DNA of 58,968 nt, the filler included, from Sphacelaria rigidula (taxonomy: Eukaryota), in the NCBI GenBank assembly GCA_964200075.2. It is 6 parts of 6 records of this genome, joined end to end, with 100 filler letters (N's around TTAATTAATTAA, not from the genome) between each part and the next. Parts side by side here need not be neighbours in the genome. Positions count along the whole stretch, not along the records: positions 19,693 to 29,437 come from CAXNAA020007855.1; positions 29,538 to 39,282 come from CAXNAA020007856.1; 4 more parts are not named here. One strand, given 5' to 3'. The stretch's first letter is position 1, and each line of letters begins with the position of its first letter. Under the pieces are notes generated by a model that saw only the letters and a program-made list of their open reading frames with translations, did no database searches and was not told the DNA's origin. Shown here piece after piece: positions 20,850 to 33,004 of the stretch. The position numbers and the translations under genes were made by a program.

Positions 20850-23600
20850 TGATAGCCCTTCTTTTGAAGTCCGCAGCCCACTGTCTGAAGTGAACTATAC
20901 CGTACGTTGTGATGTAAAGCTTCGAACATCAATGCGTGTTAGGACATCACTACATACGTACGGTGGCTCTCAACCATCGTCAGTATGGACACCCATGAAA
21001 TGTTCATCGGTAACGCTAGACGGAAACCAACTTGCCCCGAGTACCAGCAAGCACGAATAGTGTGTTGCCTGTCACTTCGTGCCTGATCTCGGCAACATTC
21101 TCCGCCCCGCAAGTTCTAATTAGTAGGGATGATGCACTGCATTCAAACCAGTGTTTCACCAGATGCACACGGCCCAATTTATGGAGGAAGGCGGGTGGCG
21201 AGGGTGTCAGAAAGAGCGTTTTCAACGTTGTGGAACAGTACCTTACGGCCAGAGAAGAGATGACGCAACGGTCATGTCGATCGTGAGCCCGTCGACTGCA
21301 CGGTCGGATCTTGACGTCTCCCCGTACGGTACATCGGTACATCTCGCCAACATGCAATTGCTGCGGATTTAGCCTCACTGCGGTATAGACACATCTACAA
21401 CTCGATTGCGACCGCTTCACCACCAGGGTGGGCCATCTGTTCAAACGGGCTCGATTTCCACTTGGTGAAATCTACATCGAGACAACCCACGCTGGCACAG
21501 TTAACGAAGTTAAACGAACAGATTGGGTGCAAAAAATTACAGGTCAACCTTGGGCTTGGCATAGCCACGCCATTCTGTCGGCGCTTGATCGTGATCAACA
21601 CATGATCGTGCCTTGTACATCTCGTCGAAGCTTCGCAGTCGAGAAGGGGTAAAATACCGTTCTTGTCCCAGCCCGTTTCAGTTCATCATATCGCTTAGCG
21701 AGCAGGGGGTACTCACTACCCTCATCTGTTGTGCACGTGCACGCCGCCACCCTCCCACCCTGGACGTGGTTTTCTATTCTCTTCTCGTAAAATCAGAGGG
21801 ACGCGGGCACGCGGCGCTTCATGCAGGAACTGCCCGTGACAGTAGAGTTTACCGCAATCGAGCTACAAATGTTCATGGTTGTTGCTAATTGATTCAAGTG
21901 TGTACAACAAGAATCGGAATTCTAGTAGGGCTGACAGTCCCGTGTGCTCCTCGCGTGCGCCGAGCGCGGTATCATTCGAATCGGCGCCACAAGCCCCCAC
22001 TTTGACCAGAAAGCGTGAGTACCGCCCTTGCTCGGGGATTTCCGGTATGCGTTGGGTTGGGGTTAGGATTAGGGCCAGTGATACTTGTAAAATCGTGTCA
22101 ACCATGGACATTTGCAGCCCAACTCCGATAAACTGGCCTCGACCGTGAGATGACCTCCTCAACAAGGAAAAGCAAAGAGAAGAACTTCTCGTTTTTGTAC
22201 AAGAACCAGTTTGTTCTTACTGCTGATTGGCTGATTCTCAACGATAAATGCAACGCTTTCGTTTTGGGAGGGGGTTACTAGAATCTTGGAGGCAACGGAA
22301 ACACGGAAACGCGTATACAGCCCCGCTGGATGCAAATTGAAAAGTTTCCGGGGCCGGGATGAATACCCATGCTGAACTTCGCTCACGAGCCTGCATTTTT
22401 TTGTACTGAAAATAGACGGGCGCAACAGCGTGCAAACCATGCGGTACACGCGTTTTACTTCTTTCTCACAGACTCCAGGTGCGAGGTCAAAATCATCATT
22501 TGTTCTCCTGGACAACTCCAAACATGACCCAATGTCGGGCTCCATTTCTGTTTTGCCTCGCGTCTTGAGTGTACCCGGCCTCCTGTACCCCGAATGGTCG
22601 CCTGCGGCACCGGAACTCTTGACGTTGACATTACCTTGATTCATCTTGTTGCTGGATTTTTTCTTTTACTTTTGGGGTCCTTGCACCTTATTATGTCTAG
22701 TCTATGACCACGGAAGTTGTCCGCATCGCTACCGTTTTCAATCTCACGACAACAAGAACGACGACTTTTTTGCTCGGTATAAAAATTAGGTGAGCTGAAT
22801 TTTCCCAGGGCAGTTCGAGTAGAGTATACTAAATTGCGGGTTATTTTGGAAGTCTTACTCGAAGTCCACAAATTGGGGGTAGGATTTTAGGGATCGCTCT
22901 CCAATTATTTTCTGGGTACGACTCCGGACTCTCTACCCTAATTTGAGTATACTCTACTCGACAAGGGTAGGTTTCAAGTAGAACTTCACGCGCTCCGCCG
23001 CACGGAGACCCTATCTCGTCAAGACCACAGGTACGCAATATTTCGCCTCATGTTTGCATCACATCCGTTGTAGCGGTGACATGCACCCGGATCTGCTTTA
23101 TCCATCCGCGACTCGGCAACTGGGAAATGTAAATTATAGCTTGCTATCACGATACTTGGGCGTGTCGTGTCAACTCTTGATGGGGCGCTCATGTTTTTCC
23201 TCTCCGCTCATTAATCTTCATGGACTCAGACCCTCTGTCGAATGACGAACGATTAACCCCCAGACTGCGAGGGTAGTCCATTGGAATCATGCACACTTTC
23301 TTTAGGGGAATTGACGCCGATTCAACAGGTGATTTCTCGCTGTCCACGTCTAGGAAACGGAGGGGTATATGTGACGTACAGACGGTGGCACGACACACGC
23401 TTTGCAGTACTAACTGCAGGGTCAAATCTGTCCGTGCTCAATACAGTAAAACCATAGTCGATGTGACGCTAAGGGTAAACACCTCGCCTAGAGAATGGAG
23501 CAGCGCAACAAGAACGTTAAACGCCGCTTCAAAGAACACGGTACCTGTCCCTCTTGATTTGGGGGAGAGACCCCGGGCATGATACCGTTCTCAACAGCCT
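20850..23600 (-). mobile_element. Highly degenerate Ty1/copia relic inside the F-box intron
   Basis: Scattered motifs in IN-RT-RH order: PLRFLDVDSEKSPVES..CMIPMDYPR (IN), VHVHN (RT VHVDD), TRIDVR (RH). Boundaries approximate. Confidence 0.5.
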
Positions 23601-26600
23601 CCACTAGGTAGACGGGATTGCCACAAAACTCAAGAGCCACGACTGAACTTTCCCGAAGAAATACGACTGTAGCGACAAACTACGAGCCCATTTGAACGAC
23701 CAAAGGCCCTACACACAGGTGGCACCCATCAACGAAAAATACGCGGGATCAACAATGCAAAAGACGAAGAGTATCATATCAGTACACTAGTACACACGAC
23801 ACTGTGCGAGGCGCAGTCATCGTCTCGTTATGTACGCCATTGTACGTACAACTGTCGCACCGATATTCACAACATCGAAAAAAAATAGCTTCTGTCAATG
23901 CGCTTGCTCTCCCTCGGCTGGGTTGTGGGGGGATGGTCACATCATAGCCTGGTGCTCTTCGTGAACAGAAATTTCGCGGATAAATAACCCTTCGCCACAC
24001 ACACGCGTTCAGGAATACACAGCTTCCGCAGTGATGATGGGTCCGACATCTTCGTCTCAAATATTAAAATTTGAATTCCAGGGATCCAGGGATTGATAGA
24101 GCACAAGACAACCCTCAGTAACCCCAGGGGTTGTTGATATCGTCCAGGTATGTCGATACAGGACAAGACAACCCTCGAATACCCCAGGGGTTGACACGAC
24201 ATTGCCACGTTGTGGCGAGTGTCCTACGCCAAGAATAAAACGATGATTTATTCGCCGCATGCAACCATGCTTTGTACTACTGGACTGTACCCGGTACCCC
24301 GTGGTTTGGACTGACTGTTCCATCTCACGTCTTGCCGGTGGCGAGGCGTGTAGATCTTGAAGGCGAGACAATATTTCACGGAGCGAAAAATCGAAAAGCT
24401 TCAGGGTCAAGACTTGACACTATGCGAGACGGTGCGCATTAGTGCGTATGAGTCAGTACAGACAGCACAACAGTACAGCATGTACGTACCATGATGGATG
24501 GTACAATGCCGCCCAATAATCCTATGGACGACGACGGGAAACACCTGCACTAGACTTTTGTACCCGACACATACTCAGATCGTGTCAGTAACAGCCAACC
24601 TCGCTGTCCAAAGGCGGCTCGACATACCGAGAGTATGGTTGGTAAGTGCACCACAGCTTACCATTACTGCGGTAGAGCAACGGGGTGCCGCACACACCAG
24701 GGAACATCCTCGACGAGTAAGTCCGTCCGCCAGTGGAACTTTTTCTCGGCATCTCCTACGGCTGGCACCTCGATGACACGCAAGTACGCTGTGCTCATGT
24801 TTCAAACATATTCCGATAAAATGAAGACAGAACATATTTCTGCACAAAAAGAGCCAGCGTGTTCTTCATCAGTGCTGGACGCAGATAAATAAGAACCAAG
24901 TGGCCCCCACAGAATATACACCGGCCGCCCCACGTGTACCAAGGAGAGCGGAGATCAACCACGATGTGCTTGGAGTGTAGTAACAACAAATATTCCACAA
25001 AATACCTGGGCGCAACAGAACCCACGGCGCCGAAGTAAAAAAAAATCCTTGCTGTCTCGGAATACCCGCCCGCCCTCATGCCAACCGAGCGAAGCCCACT
25101 GAATTAACTTTGATGAAAATTACAGTCAGTACAAGTACAAAACCATTTCATTCCGAATTCTCGCATATCTGATATCAACTGGGACGCGTGTGAGCTCATG
25201 TCGGTTTGTGCGATGTTTGAGCGCAAGTGCTCTCTTCTCTGGTGCTTGTCTTTCCAATCTTGTCGTTATACACGATCGGGTGAAGCATTATGCACGTAAT
25301 GATGGCACAACTGGGGGGAGGAATTGTTGGAGAAGCTCTCCCTCCACCGAGTACGCGATATTACGATGTACTGGGCGGTCAACAAATCCACGAGTGAGTT
25401 GAAACGAAAACAACGGGTCGCCCCAAACGCGAAACTCGTACGATGCTCATACAACTACATCGGCAGACCCTCGCGCGCAACCCAATCTCGCCGGTCTCCC
25501 CAAAAACGAAAAATCGGACGTGATGCGACCAGACGTCACAAACTACACACATGCGGTGGCGGAGAATTTCGACATGAGTTGTCCATCCTGCGTCGTTTCT
25601 TCACCTGGAACTAGAAAATGCTTGTCAACACTTGTGTGCTGGGCTGTCCTGTAGGGTAAAATAGTACACACTACATCAGTATGCTGCACTTGACGAGATA
25701 ATATGAAAAGTACGGTATCGCTAGTGGACCACGTGTTTCGGCGGAAATTGCAGTGGCCGACACCAACAAAACAAAAGAGCGACCATAACCACTTCATCAG
25801 GAGAATGAAGGATAAAGGCTGCTCATTGCAACTTTTTGATCGCACACCAGATTTCATTGGAATGCGCATCACATTCAGTTGGAAACTGAGTAAAGTACAC
25901 ACTTAGGTTGAGACTGGAATAATGTGGATAGGGAGAAGAATGGGCGCTCGACCAACAGGGTCCTGCCACGTTGAGAGAAGCATACGTGCACACAAAGCTA
26001 TGCGTTTGCGCAAACGCGTTGATGCTGTGTGAACGTTGTGCGCATACGCATACATCCTCACTTCATATCCTGGCTTCTGAGGGGGGGGGGCTCGGAAAGA
26101 AACGATTTTTTGGGACTTCGCCCTGCACACAAAAAAGACAAACCATCTGAACCGTGGCCCCACGAAAGCTAAGAGCCCAAAATCAAATAAACGACCAGGA
26201 GAGCCGCGCATGCGCAACAATCAACGTTCATCGATCAGATATGCCGTAAGTAGCTGTACTCTGCGATAGATTGTGCAAAACTCGTGACTGAGTGCGCACG
26301 GATGCACCACCATCACGAGGAAAAAGATGGGTTCGAGCACAAAAAATAATGAGCATGTCATCGGCTATTTGAAGATAGGAGAGCACGAATAGAAGAGCGC
26401 TAGTGCTATAACAGTAGTTGGTGGAAAAAAACCGCGATTGCAGCACTTGTATTTCCCCGTCGCGTTGCGGTATTTGGTATTTGTCTGCACAGGTGAGTAT
26501 CTTTCGACATTTTTCGAAGAGGATGATGGTGATGACATCAACACATGAAATAAATTCCCGTGGCGCACCAACACGTCAAAGAGGCAACAGGCAACTTGGT

Positions 26601-26940
26601 CCAGACCAGCGCTTGTGAAAAGAAAAATCTCAGACGCAACAGCGTGCGCAGCGATGCCGTGTGTGATACCAATGTTATTGTTGTGTACCCTCTTCTCTCC
26701 ATGTGAAAGCAGTAGACCATGCACAGCTGCATGCACGAACCCCTTGTGCCTCACCGCTGCCAAACTAAATGATGAGAAACGCCGCATATTTGTGCAACAC
26801 ACCAGAAAAAGGACACCGGCACAAACATCAAACGCCGAGGAGACTTTTAAAAATACGAGACCAGTTACACCCCAAAGCTCCCGACCATTTCAAAGTAGAC
26901 AAGAGACAAGAGACAAGAGACAGGAGAAAATCCAACCCAC

Positions 26941-27420
26941 CTTCTCATTCCTGTACCACGGGTCTTGAGCCGTCCACGCTTCTCCCGCTTGCTGCTTGAA
27001 CCTAAACCACCAGCTGAACGTGGTCAGCTCGTCTTGCCCCAGCCAAGTCCGCGTCGAATCCCGTAGGCTCTGAATATAGGCATCTTTCGCACGACGAGGG
27101 GGCAGAGCCTTCGCCTCGGACGATACACACACTTTGCCTTCCCAGAGAGCATCCCTTGCCGATTGCCAAAGGCCCTCATTCAGAGAGACTCGGTACAAGA
27201 AGCGATTGGTACGCCCCGCGCGCGCGATGTCTGGACCACTAAGGAACTGCAGGGTTGTCAGCGGGAGGAAGTCTATGCCCAGCCCTTGGGCTAGGGATAG
27301 CACGGTGACGAGATGCTGATCTGTATCGGGAGAAGGTGATGGAAGTTGGTCTATTTGACCTATAGGTGACGGTGCTATTGCTCGTGGGCTCTTCATTGGT
27401 TTTGTTCGATAGCTGGGCAT
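26941..27420 (-). CDS. F-box protein, RMF/ZYGO1-like, first coding exon
   Basis: F-box-like LTTLQFLSGPDIARAGRTNRFLYRVSLNEGLW followed by SLRDSTRTWL..DELTTFSWWFRFKQQAGEAWTAQDPWY. AAG|GTGGGT donor. CAG acceptor places the exon start at 27450, upstream of the ATG. Confidence 0.8.
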
Positions 27421-28621
27421 CTCTCTGGCCCAACCTCTCGTTCGGCCCCCCTGTCTTGGTGTTGTGAGAAAGAAGTCGGCCTTGGTATTTATCCTGAGTT
27501 GAGGTCCGGCGGTCGTCGTGGGACGCTGCTTCAATGTAGTCTGCTCGGGGGGAACGACCCGCACGCGGATTTTTTTTAGTAAGGGTTCCAGATTCGAGGG
27601 GGATAAAAGTATGTGCCACGCGTATGCATATATCATCATCCTTGCGTAAGTTGACCCCGTCGTTTTTGTTCCGGAAACAACAGCGCCCTAAAATTTTGTA
27701 CTTCGCATTCACCGTTCACGTGCATTTTCTCTAAAAAAGTGTCTTCTGCGGGCAAAAGTATATCGTCTGTCGTTCTGCGGTGCTGTAGTGCTCACAGTCT
27801 GCCCTTCTTAGAACCAGTCAACTGTCATATCTCTTGAACGTAGGACCCTAACCTGACGACCAACACACTCACGACGTGCCCCTGGGTGAAGATCCAGCCG
27901 ACTAGTAGTAGGAGTCTGCCATGTCCGTCAAAAACAAGGCACCAATAATCAGATAGTGGGCGCGGTGGTACGCATAGATGAAGGTATACCCAAAAGTACA
28001 CCACGTTACTGCACATGAGCAGGATACGTACATACTACACAAGAAGTAATAACAAGTCGCCGTTGCCTTGCTGCGCAGCCACGCAGATACGAGGCTGTAG
28101 CACGCAGGGGTGGGCAGGCGTGGGTGGAAAATCATTTACGCTCTAACATCGGCGAACCACGCGTCGCCTGGATGGTGTGGATACCATGAATACTCGTCAA
28201 AATTGATACCAACATCAACAACATCGTCAACCTCTGTCTGTTGTAGTGCCAAGAAAATAGCAGAGTATACACTCTGTCGGCACTGTCGGTAGCTCATTGC
28301 CGATAAAGAAAGATCGCAGGTTGACTAATTTCTCATTTTTTCTAGGCAGATCTTTGTGTTTCAGTTATTTTCTTGGGTACGTTTAGCATGTGACCACGGC
28401 TTGATCCCTGGTTGGTCAGTTAAAGTGCGACAATAAAATTAAATCGAATCAAATCAACCAATCAAATATGTCAGTCCGGGATTCTTATTGGAATTCTGTG
28501 GTTTTGATGGCGGACTGCCACCATTATAATATTATATTGCTGCAGTGTTATTTCTTTTCATAGCTTGCACTTGATGATACTGTAGGTTTATTTATTATTT
28601 TATCATTTAGTTCTTGTGAAG

Positions 28622-28655
<34 letters not shown>

Positions 28656-28656
28656 C
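28622..28656. repeat. (CAA)n microsatellite
   Basis: About 11 perfect units. Confidence 0.95.
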
Positions 28657-28919
28657 TTCGAACCCCTCCACACGCGGCCATTTGGCTACCTCGTAAAGGA
28701 ATTTTCAAACGTCATCCTCGGTTCCGTCCGTTTTAAAATCCACCCTAGAGGATCATGGGTATTCGCGTAATCCTCTAGAGGATTTTCAATGTCGGGGCCC
28801 TCGAAGGTCTGTGTCGATATTAAAATTCCCTGAATTGTTTTTGGAGGCAGAAGTGCTATAGAAATCTGGAATTTTCACAGCTGTTCGAAATAAGTCCTGA
28901 TTCCGAATTATTGGAAGCA

Positions 28920-29026
28920 GGCCAAAATGATTTCTTTCGAACAGTTTCTGGGGTACAAATCCCATGTACACTCGCAAATGGAATTTGTACACCAGAAACT
29001 GTTCGAACTAAATCCTCATTTTGGCC
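28920..29026. mobile_element. ~107-bp hairpin mini-MITE with GGCC ends
   Basis: GGCCAAAATGA..TTCGAACAGTTTCTGGGGTACAAATCCCA / TGGAATTTGTACACCAGAAACTGTTCGAA..TCATTTTGGCC. Confidence 0.75.
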
Positions 29027-29437
29027 ACCAATACCTTGAATTGGGCAAAAAAAGACTCTTATTTACGAGCAGCTTTTGCTGTCCAAGTCCCACATACAAC
29101 ACGGTATCGGTGGATGAGAGTCGAGAGACAGCAGAGTGTCGTCGAGAACTCATCCTCTTGCCCCCCATCTCATATCTTGGGCAAGCGGATCGAACTCTTC
29201 AACAGCTTCGACTGGTTTTAAATCCCATATACCGATTGCGAATGCATGTGCACACAACCATGCTATCTATAAGAGTAGGGGCACAAAAACCGTACTCACT
29301 CGTGGAAGCAACAAATGTTCACTACTACAGCTTATATTGTACATATATTTATATTGGTGTTGCTGTCGTCGTCTACTGTAGTAGTTTTTCTGTCTACAGT
29401 AAACAGCCGATTTTCGAAAATGGGGTTGAAAAAAAAA

Positions 29438-29537
29438 NNNNNNNNNNNNNNNNNNNNNNNNNNNNNNNNNNNNNNNNNNNNTTAATTAATTAANNNNNNN
29501 NNNNNNNNNNNNNNNNNNNNNNNNNNNNNNNNNNNNN
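29438..29537. other. Artificial contig linker
   Basis: N44-TTAATTAATTAA-N44. Confidence 0.98.
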
Positions 29538-29998
29538 ACTCGTACTGTACCGAGCTGTTCACGCGACCAGCGTGTGCTGCACATTACCTATGCGCCACGC
29601 TAGCAACGGTTAGGCCACCACCATAGGTATCTTTTTTCACTCCGCATCTCAAAAATGTCTCCACAAGTGTTTGATCTCTCATACATCTCCCTAAACTGGT
29701 TCCCCTCAACTGGCGTGTGGCACGCCCTTCTGCTCGGCCACCAGGTTGGGGGAGGTCGGCGAAAATCAACGATGAATAACACCCCCTAAGTTCAAATTGG
29801 ATCTATTTGTTATTGCCGCAGCACCGCCCTTGCTGGCATGTGTGTGACAGAGAACAGTAGTAGCGGTGACGGGAAGATTACCCTATTTTTTCAACGACAT
29901 GTTTTTCAGCGCAAAGAGGCGCGTCCTGTCCAACAGGAGAGGCAGAGAGAAATCGATCTTCGCGTTGGCGACAGGCAAGAAGAGACGGAGCAGTGCTA

Positions 29999-30228
29999 CG
30001 ATAGGGGTTGCACTTTTTGTTTCTGGGCCTCGCTTTTGTAGGAGCCCAAATATATGGGGCTTACTGTGCAAACCAAATCTTTGGGGACAGGACATGGAAA
30101 TGCACACAGGGGCCTTTTCGTGAATCGGCATCATTTTCAGTATTTTTCATGTGAAAATGATGCCGATTCTGAAAATGATCCATGCAACACCCCGAGAAAC
30201 ATTTCCATCAAAAAGTGCACCCCTACCG
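29999..30228. mobile_element. MITE with CGGTAGGGGTGCAC-type TIRs and TA flanks (Tc1/mariner-like), copy A
   Basis: TA|cgataggggttgcac ... gtgcacccctaccg|TA. Confidence 0.7.
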
Positions 30229-30779
30229 TAGCATGACTCGACGACGGAATCTCTCCGCACCCACGATGTTCTGGCACATGAAAAAATTGGCACATGCTGG
30301 TGAGATAGATGATGCCAGTCTCTCGAGAGTTTGGTAATCGCCGAGCGGGGACACGCAAAGGACACGGGCGAAGAGCTTCCTCTCTGTCGTTGCTTCTCTC
30401 TCTGGTGATATCGTCGTCGACACGCGTGTACAGCGGATTCGTTAGGTGCACCTAGCCACAGCTGCTCAACTGCTGCGGACATTTGGAGGGGGAAATAGGT
30501 TCGCTCGGTCGTGAGCATTTCGCGTCTTCCCTGTAAAAGAGAAACGCCACTTCAACCCCATATTTTGTATGAACCCCATTTTCTAGGACCCACTGTTATT
30601 TAGTGTTTTGCGCCTCTTTGGACGAAAATAATTCAGATTCAAGCATTTCTGCTGAAATCGGAGAAAAAATAAAGACGCCCAGCCTCGCTCCAAATAAGAG
30701 TTTCTTCACATCTGTCGCGCTCTTTTCGTGGGCGCACTAGCCAGGGTCACTTAGGAGGAAGACCAACACGGGGGTTCTA

Positions 30780-31128
30780 TTTTCATTTTACTTGATACGT
30801 TTTAGTTCTCCACCTTCCTTCTGCGGTGCTCGTCTTATTTTTTATCGCGAGAGGGGCTCAGCATTCCTTTTCCCTCGTCGACCGTTCAGTCGAGTTTTGT
30901 GTACCCACGCCATAGTCGCTCTCCAGTGTTGGGTGTCGAGTAAGAGAAAATCCCAGATCGTGTGGCTGAACCGAGATTCGAACCTACGACCCAACCGCCA
31001 GACGGTTTCGATATTACCAGTAGAGTAAGAGAAAATCCCAGATCGTGTGGCTGAATCGAGATTCGAACCCACGACCCAACCGCCAGACGGTTTCGATATT
31101 ACCAGTTGAGCCACCGGCGCAACCGGCT
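30780..31128 (-). mobile_element. tRNA-derived SINE, copy 2, with internal 85-bp tandem duplication
   Basis: A box TGGCTCAACTGG, B box GGTTCGAATC present twice (units 30938-31022 and 31023-31106). Body matches copy 1. Confidence 0.88.
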
Positions 31129-31151
31129 ACATACACCCCAAAGTACCCACA

Positions 31152-31502
31152 TGCAGAAGGCTCCTCTTCGCAGTGACATATCAGAGACTGATGTCATTCA
31201 TGTATGAAGAACCAGCGCATGCAAGTACGAGGTAGGACCGGTCCAGAAGGACCAGATTACCGAGGACCCTGTAATGCCAACGATACTAGACAACATGGGG
31301 TAATGCCAGGAAGAGCCTGATATCAGGACGGACTAACATCCCCCGAGGAACTGGTCGCCCCCAGGCGACCACTTCTCGTCTGACCCCCTTCTTGCCAACA
31401 TATACAAGAGGAAATCATCGCGAGTCTCGGAGTTCCTTCGGCATCAGGACGGCAGTCTCCCCCGTCGGTCTTTGTCTACTCTAGCGATACGCCTTCCCCA
31501 CA
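31152..31502 (+). repeat. 5' LTR
   Basis: Aligns along its length with 36270-36593, with substitutions and small indels. Confidence 0.92.
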
Positions 31503-31513
31503 TTGGCGACACC
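31503..31513 (+). promoter_or_regulatory. Primer binding site (TTGGCGACACC), tRNA-Ser-like
   Basis: TGG-starting motif immediately after the LTR CA end. The tRNA identity is inferred. Confidence 0.65.
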
Positions 31514-31679
31514 ATAAAGAGAACTCAGGCAAGACAGGCCTTAGAAGTAAAAAGCTATATCGAGAACCCACTGCTCCCCGACACCAGAAGCACTAGGGTC
31601 CTTCAAGGAACGCTACTCCAGGTGAAATGTATGGGTCATGTGCGTAACCGTTCGAGTTGAGAGGTATGTGTTTGGGTCA

Positions 31680-31863
31680 ACGCGAAAGTAGCCCCCTCAG
31701 TGTGCATTTATATGCCACCTGCATGGCTAATCAAAGAGCGAAAAGCGAAGTTAGACTCCTCAGTGTGCAGTATATGTCACCTGTATGGCTAGTCAAGCAG
31801 CGAAAACGCGAAATTAGTCTCATCAGCGTATATGCCACCAGGATGGCTAATCAAACAGCGAAG
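31680..31863 (+). repeat. Three degenerate ~60-65-bp tandem repeats in the LTR element leader
   Basis: Recurring tatatgccacc...atggctaatcaa..agcgaa. Confidence 0.8.
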
Positions 31864-32569
31864 CCACACTTATCAACCAACCCTTCACCACCATAGTGCG
31901 AAAGGCACGGCAATTGATCAAGCAGGCCGACGTGTGGAAACGTGCTGACTCGAAATAGCACTAATAAAACAAATGCGCCCAACCTGCGAATGCACGACCT
32001 TGTCATTCCCGATCATTTAGCAAGCGAAAGACGGAAGTGTATGGGACGGTCTTACCGCGTTCCAGCTCACAGGTTGAGAGGAGCTGACAACTACTGACAG
32101 TTCAATATTCCACACCTCAGTTCGCATGAAATGGAGAAAAGTGTCAACCGTCAGGTGAAAAAATATCGGAGAGAAGTGCGTTTCCTAGTCAGTACAGTAA
32201 CTCCTCCAGAGGGGCACAAAAAGAGCCATAAGTTATGATGTGAAAGTACATACTAGGAGCAGAAGCTGGAAAAGAGCACGATGAGAGTTGGTTCCTAAGC
32301 AGAGTAGCCTTCACAGCAGCCATGGAAAAAGCAACACATCGGACGAAGGTCCATAATCGTCGAATATGAAGCTCAACTTGTTCAAGCTCGCATCATGCTA
32401 GATGCTGCGCCGTACCCCAATGAATCGGGGCCGTTACATTCCGCGCTGACACATGTTCAACCGGCAGTCATGAAAAAATAACAATGTTATATGCAGGGGC
32501 TGTTGATTCCAAATTGAAACGCCAGTCTTCCTTTTTCAACCCGATCTTGGATGATCGATCACCGTTGTT

Positions 32570-33004
32570 ATGACTCAAACAACGTATCACAACTGCAGGT
32601 ATACAGATACGCTCTCAGCGTTATCCTGTGCATCAGTACGCGTTAGAGTCGCAGCGAAAGTGAATGGTACCCGGCGGAAAATAATCACAGTCGATTCCGC
32701 AGCAGATGCCCCATGTATCAGCATAAAGTTCATAGATGAACACCCGGCCATTGTGGCAGCTGATATAAAACCAGTACCGCCAGGATCCATTGATGTCAGA
32801 AGCGCGGACGGTTCCCCCAAGACAACCCCAGGGCTCAGTCGTTTCGAGCTTGCGTTGGGGATAAAAACCCTGCCAGCAGAAGCGTTTGTATTACCTAATC
32901 TGGGGGCGGATTGTCTATCTCAAGACAATTCCATTCTGAGTGCTTTCAAAGCTATGCTCGACTGGCAAGCGGGAGAATTGACATCCCGTGAGCCCAGTAT
33001 ATAA
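32570..33004 (+). pseudogene. Retroviral-type aspartic protease remnant
   Basis: VAAKVNG...IITVDSAADAPCISIKF...VRSADGS (DSG-like motif). Confidence 0.75.

Noticed and set aside
29584..29782. Possible LINE RT C-terminal relic
   Set aside because: Resemblance too weak to support without a search.
31680..31863. CRISPR-like array (also considered 24100-24200 and 56160-56950)
   Set aside because: Tandem degenerate units without unique spacers, no cas genes, eukaryotic TE context.
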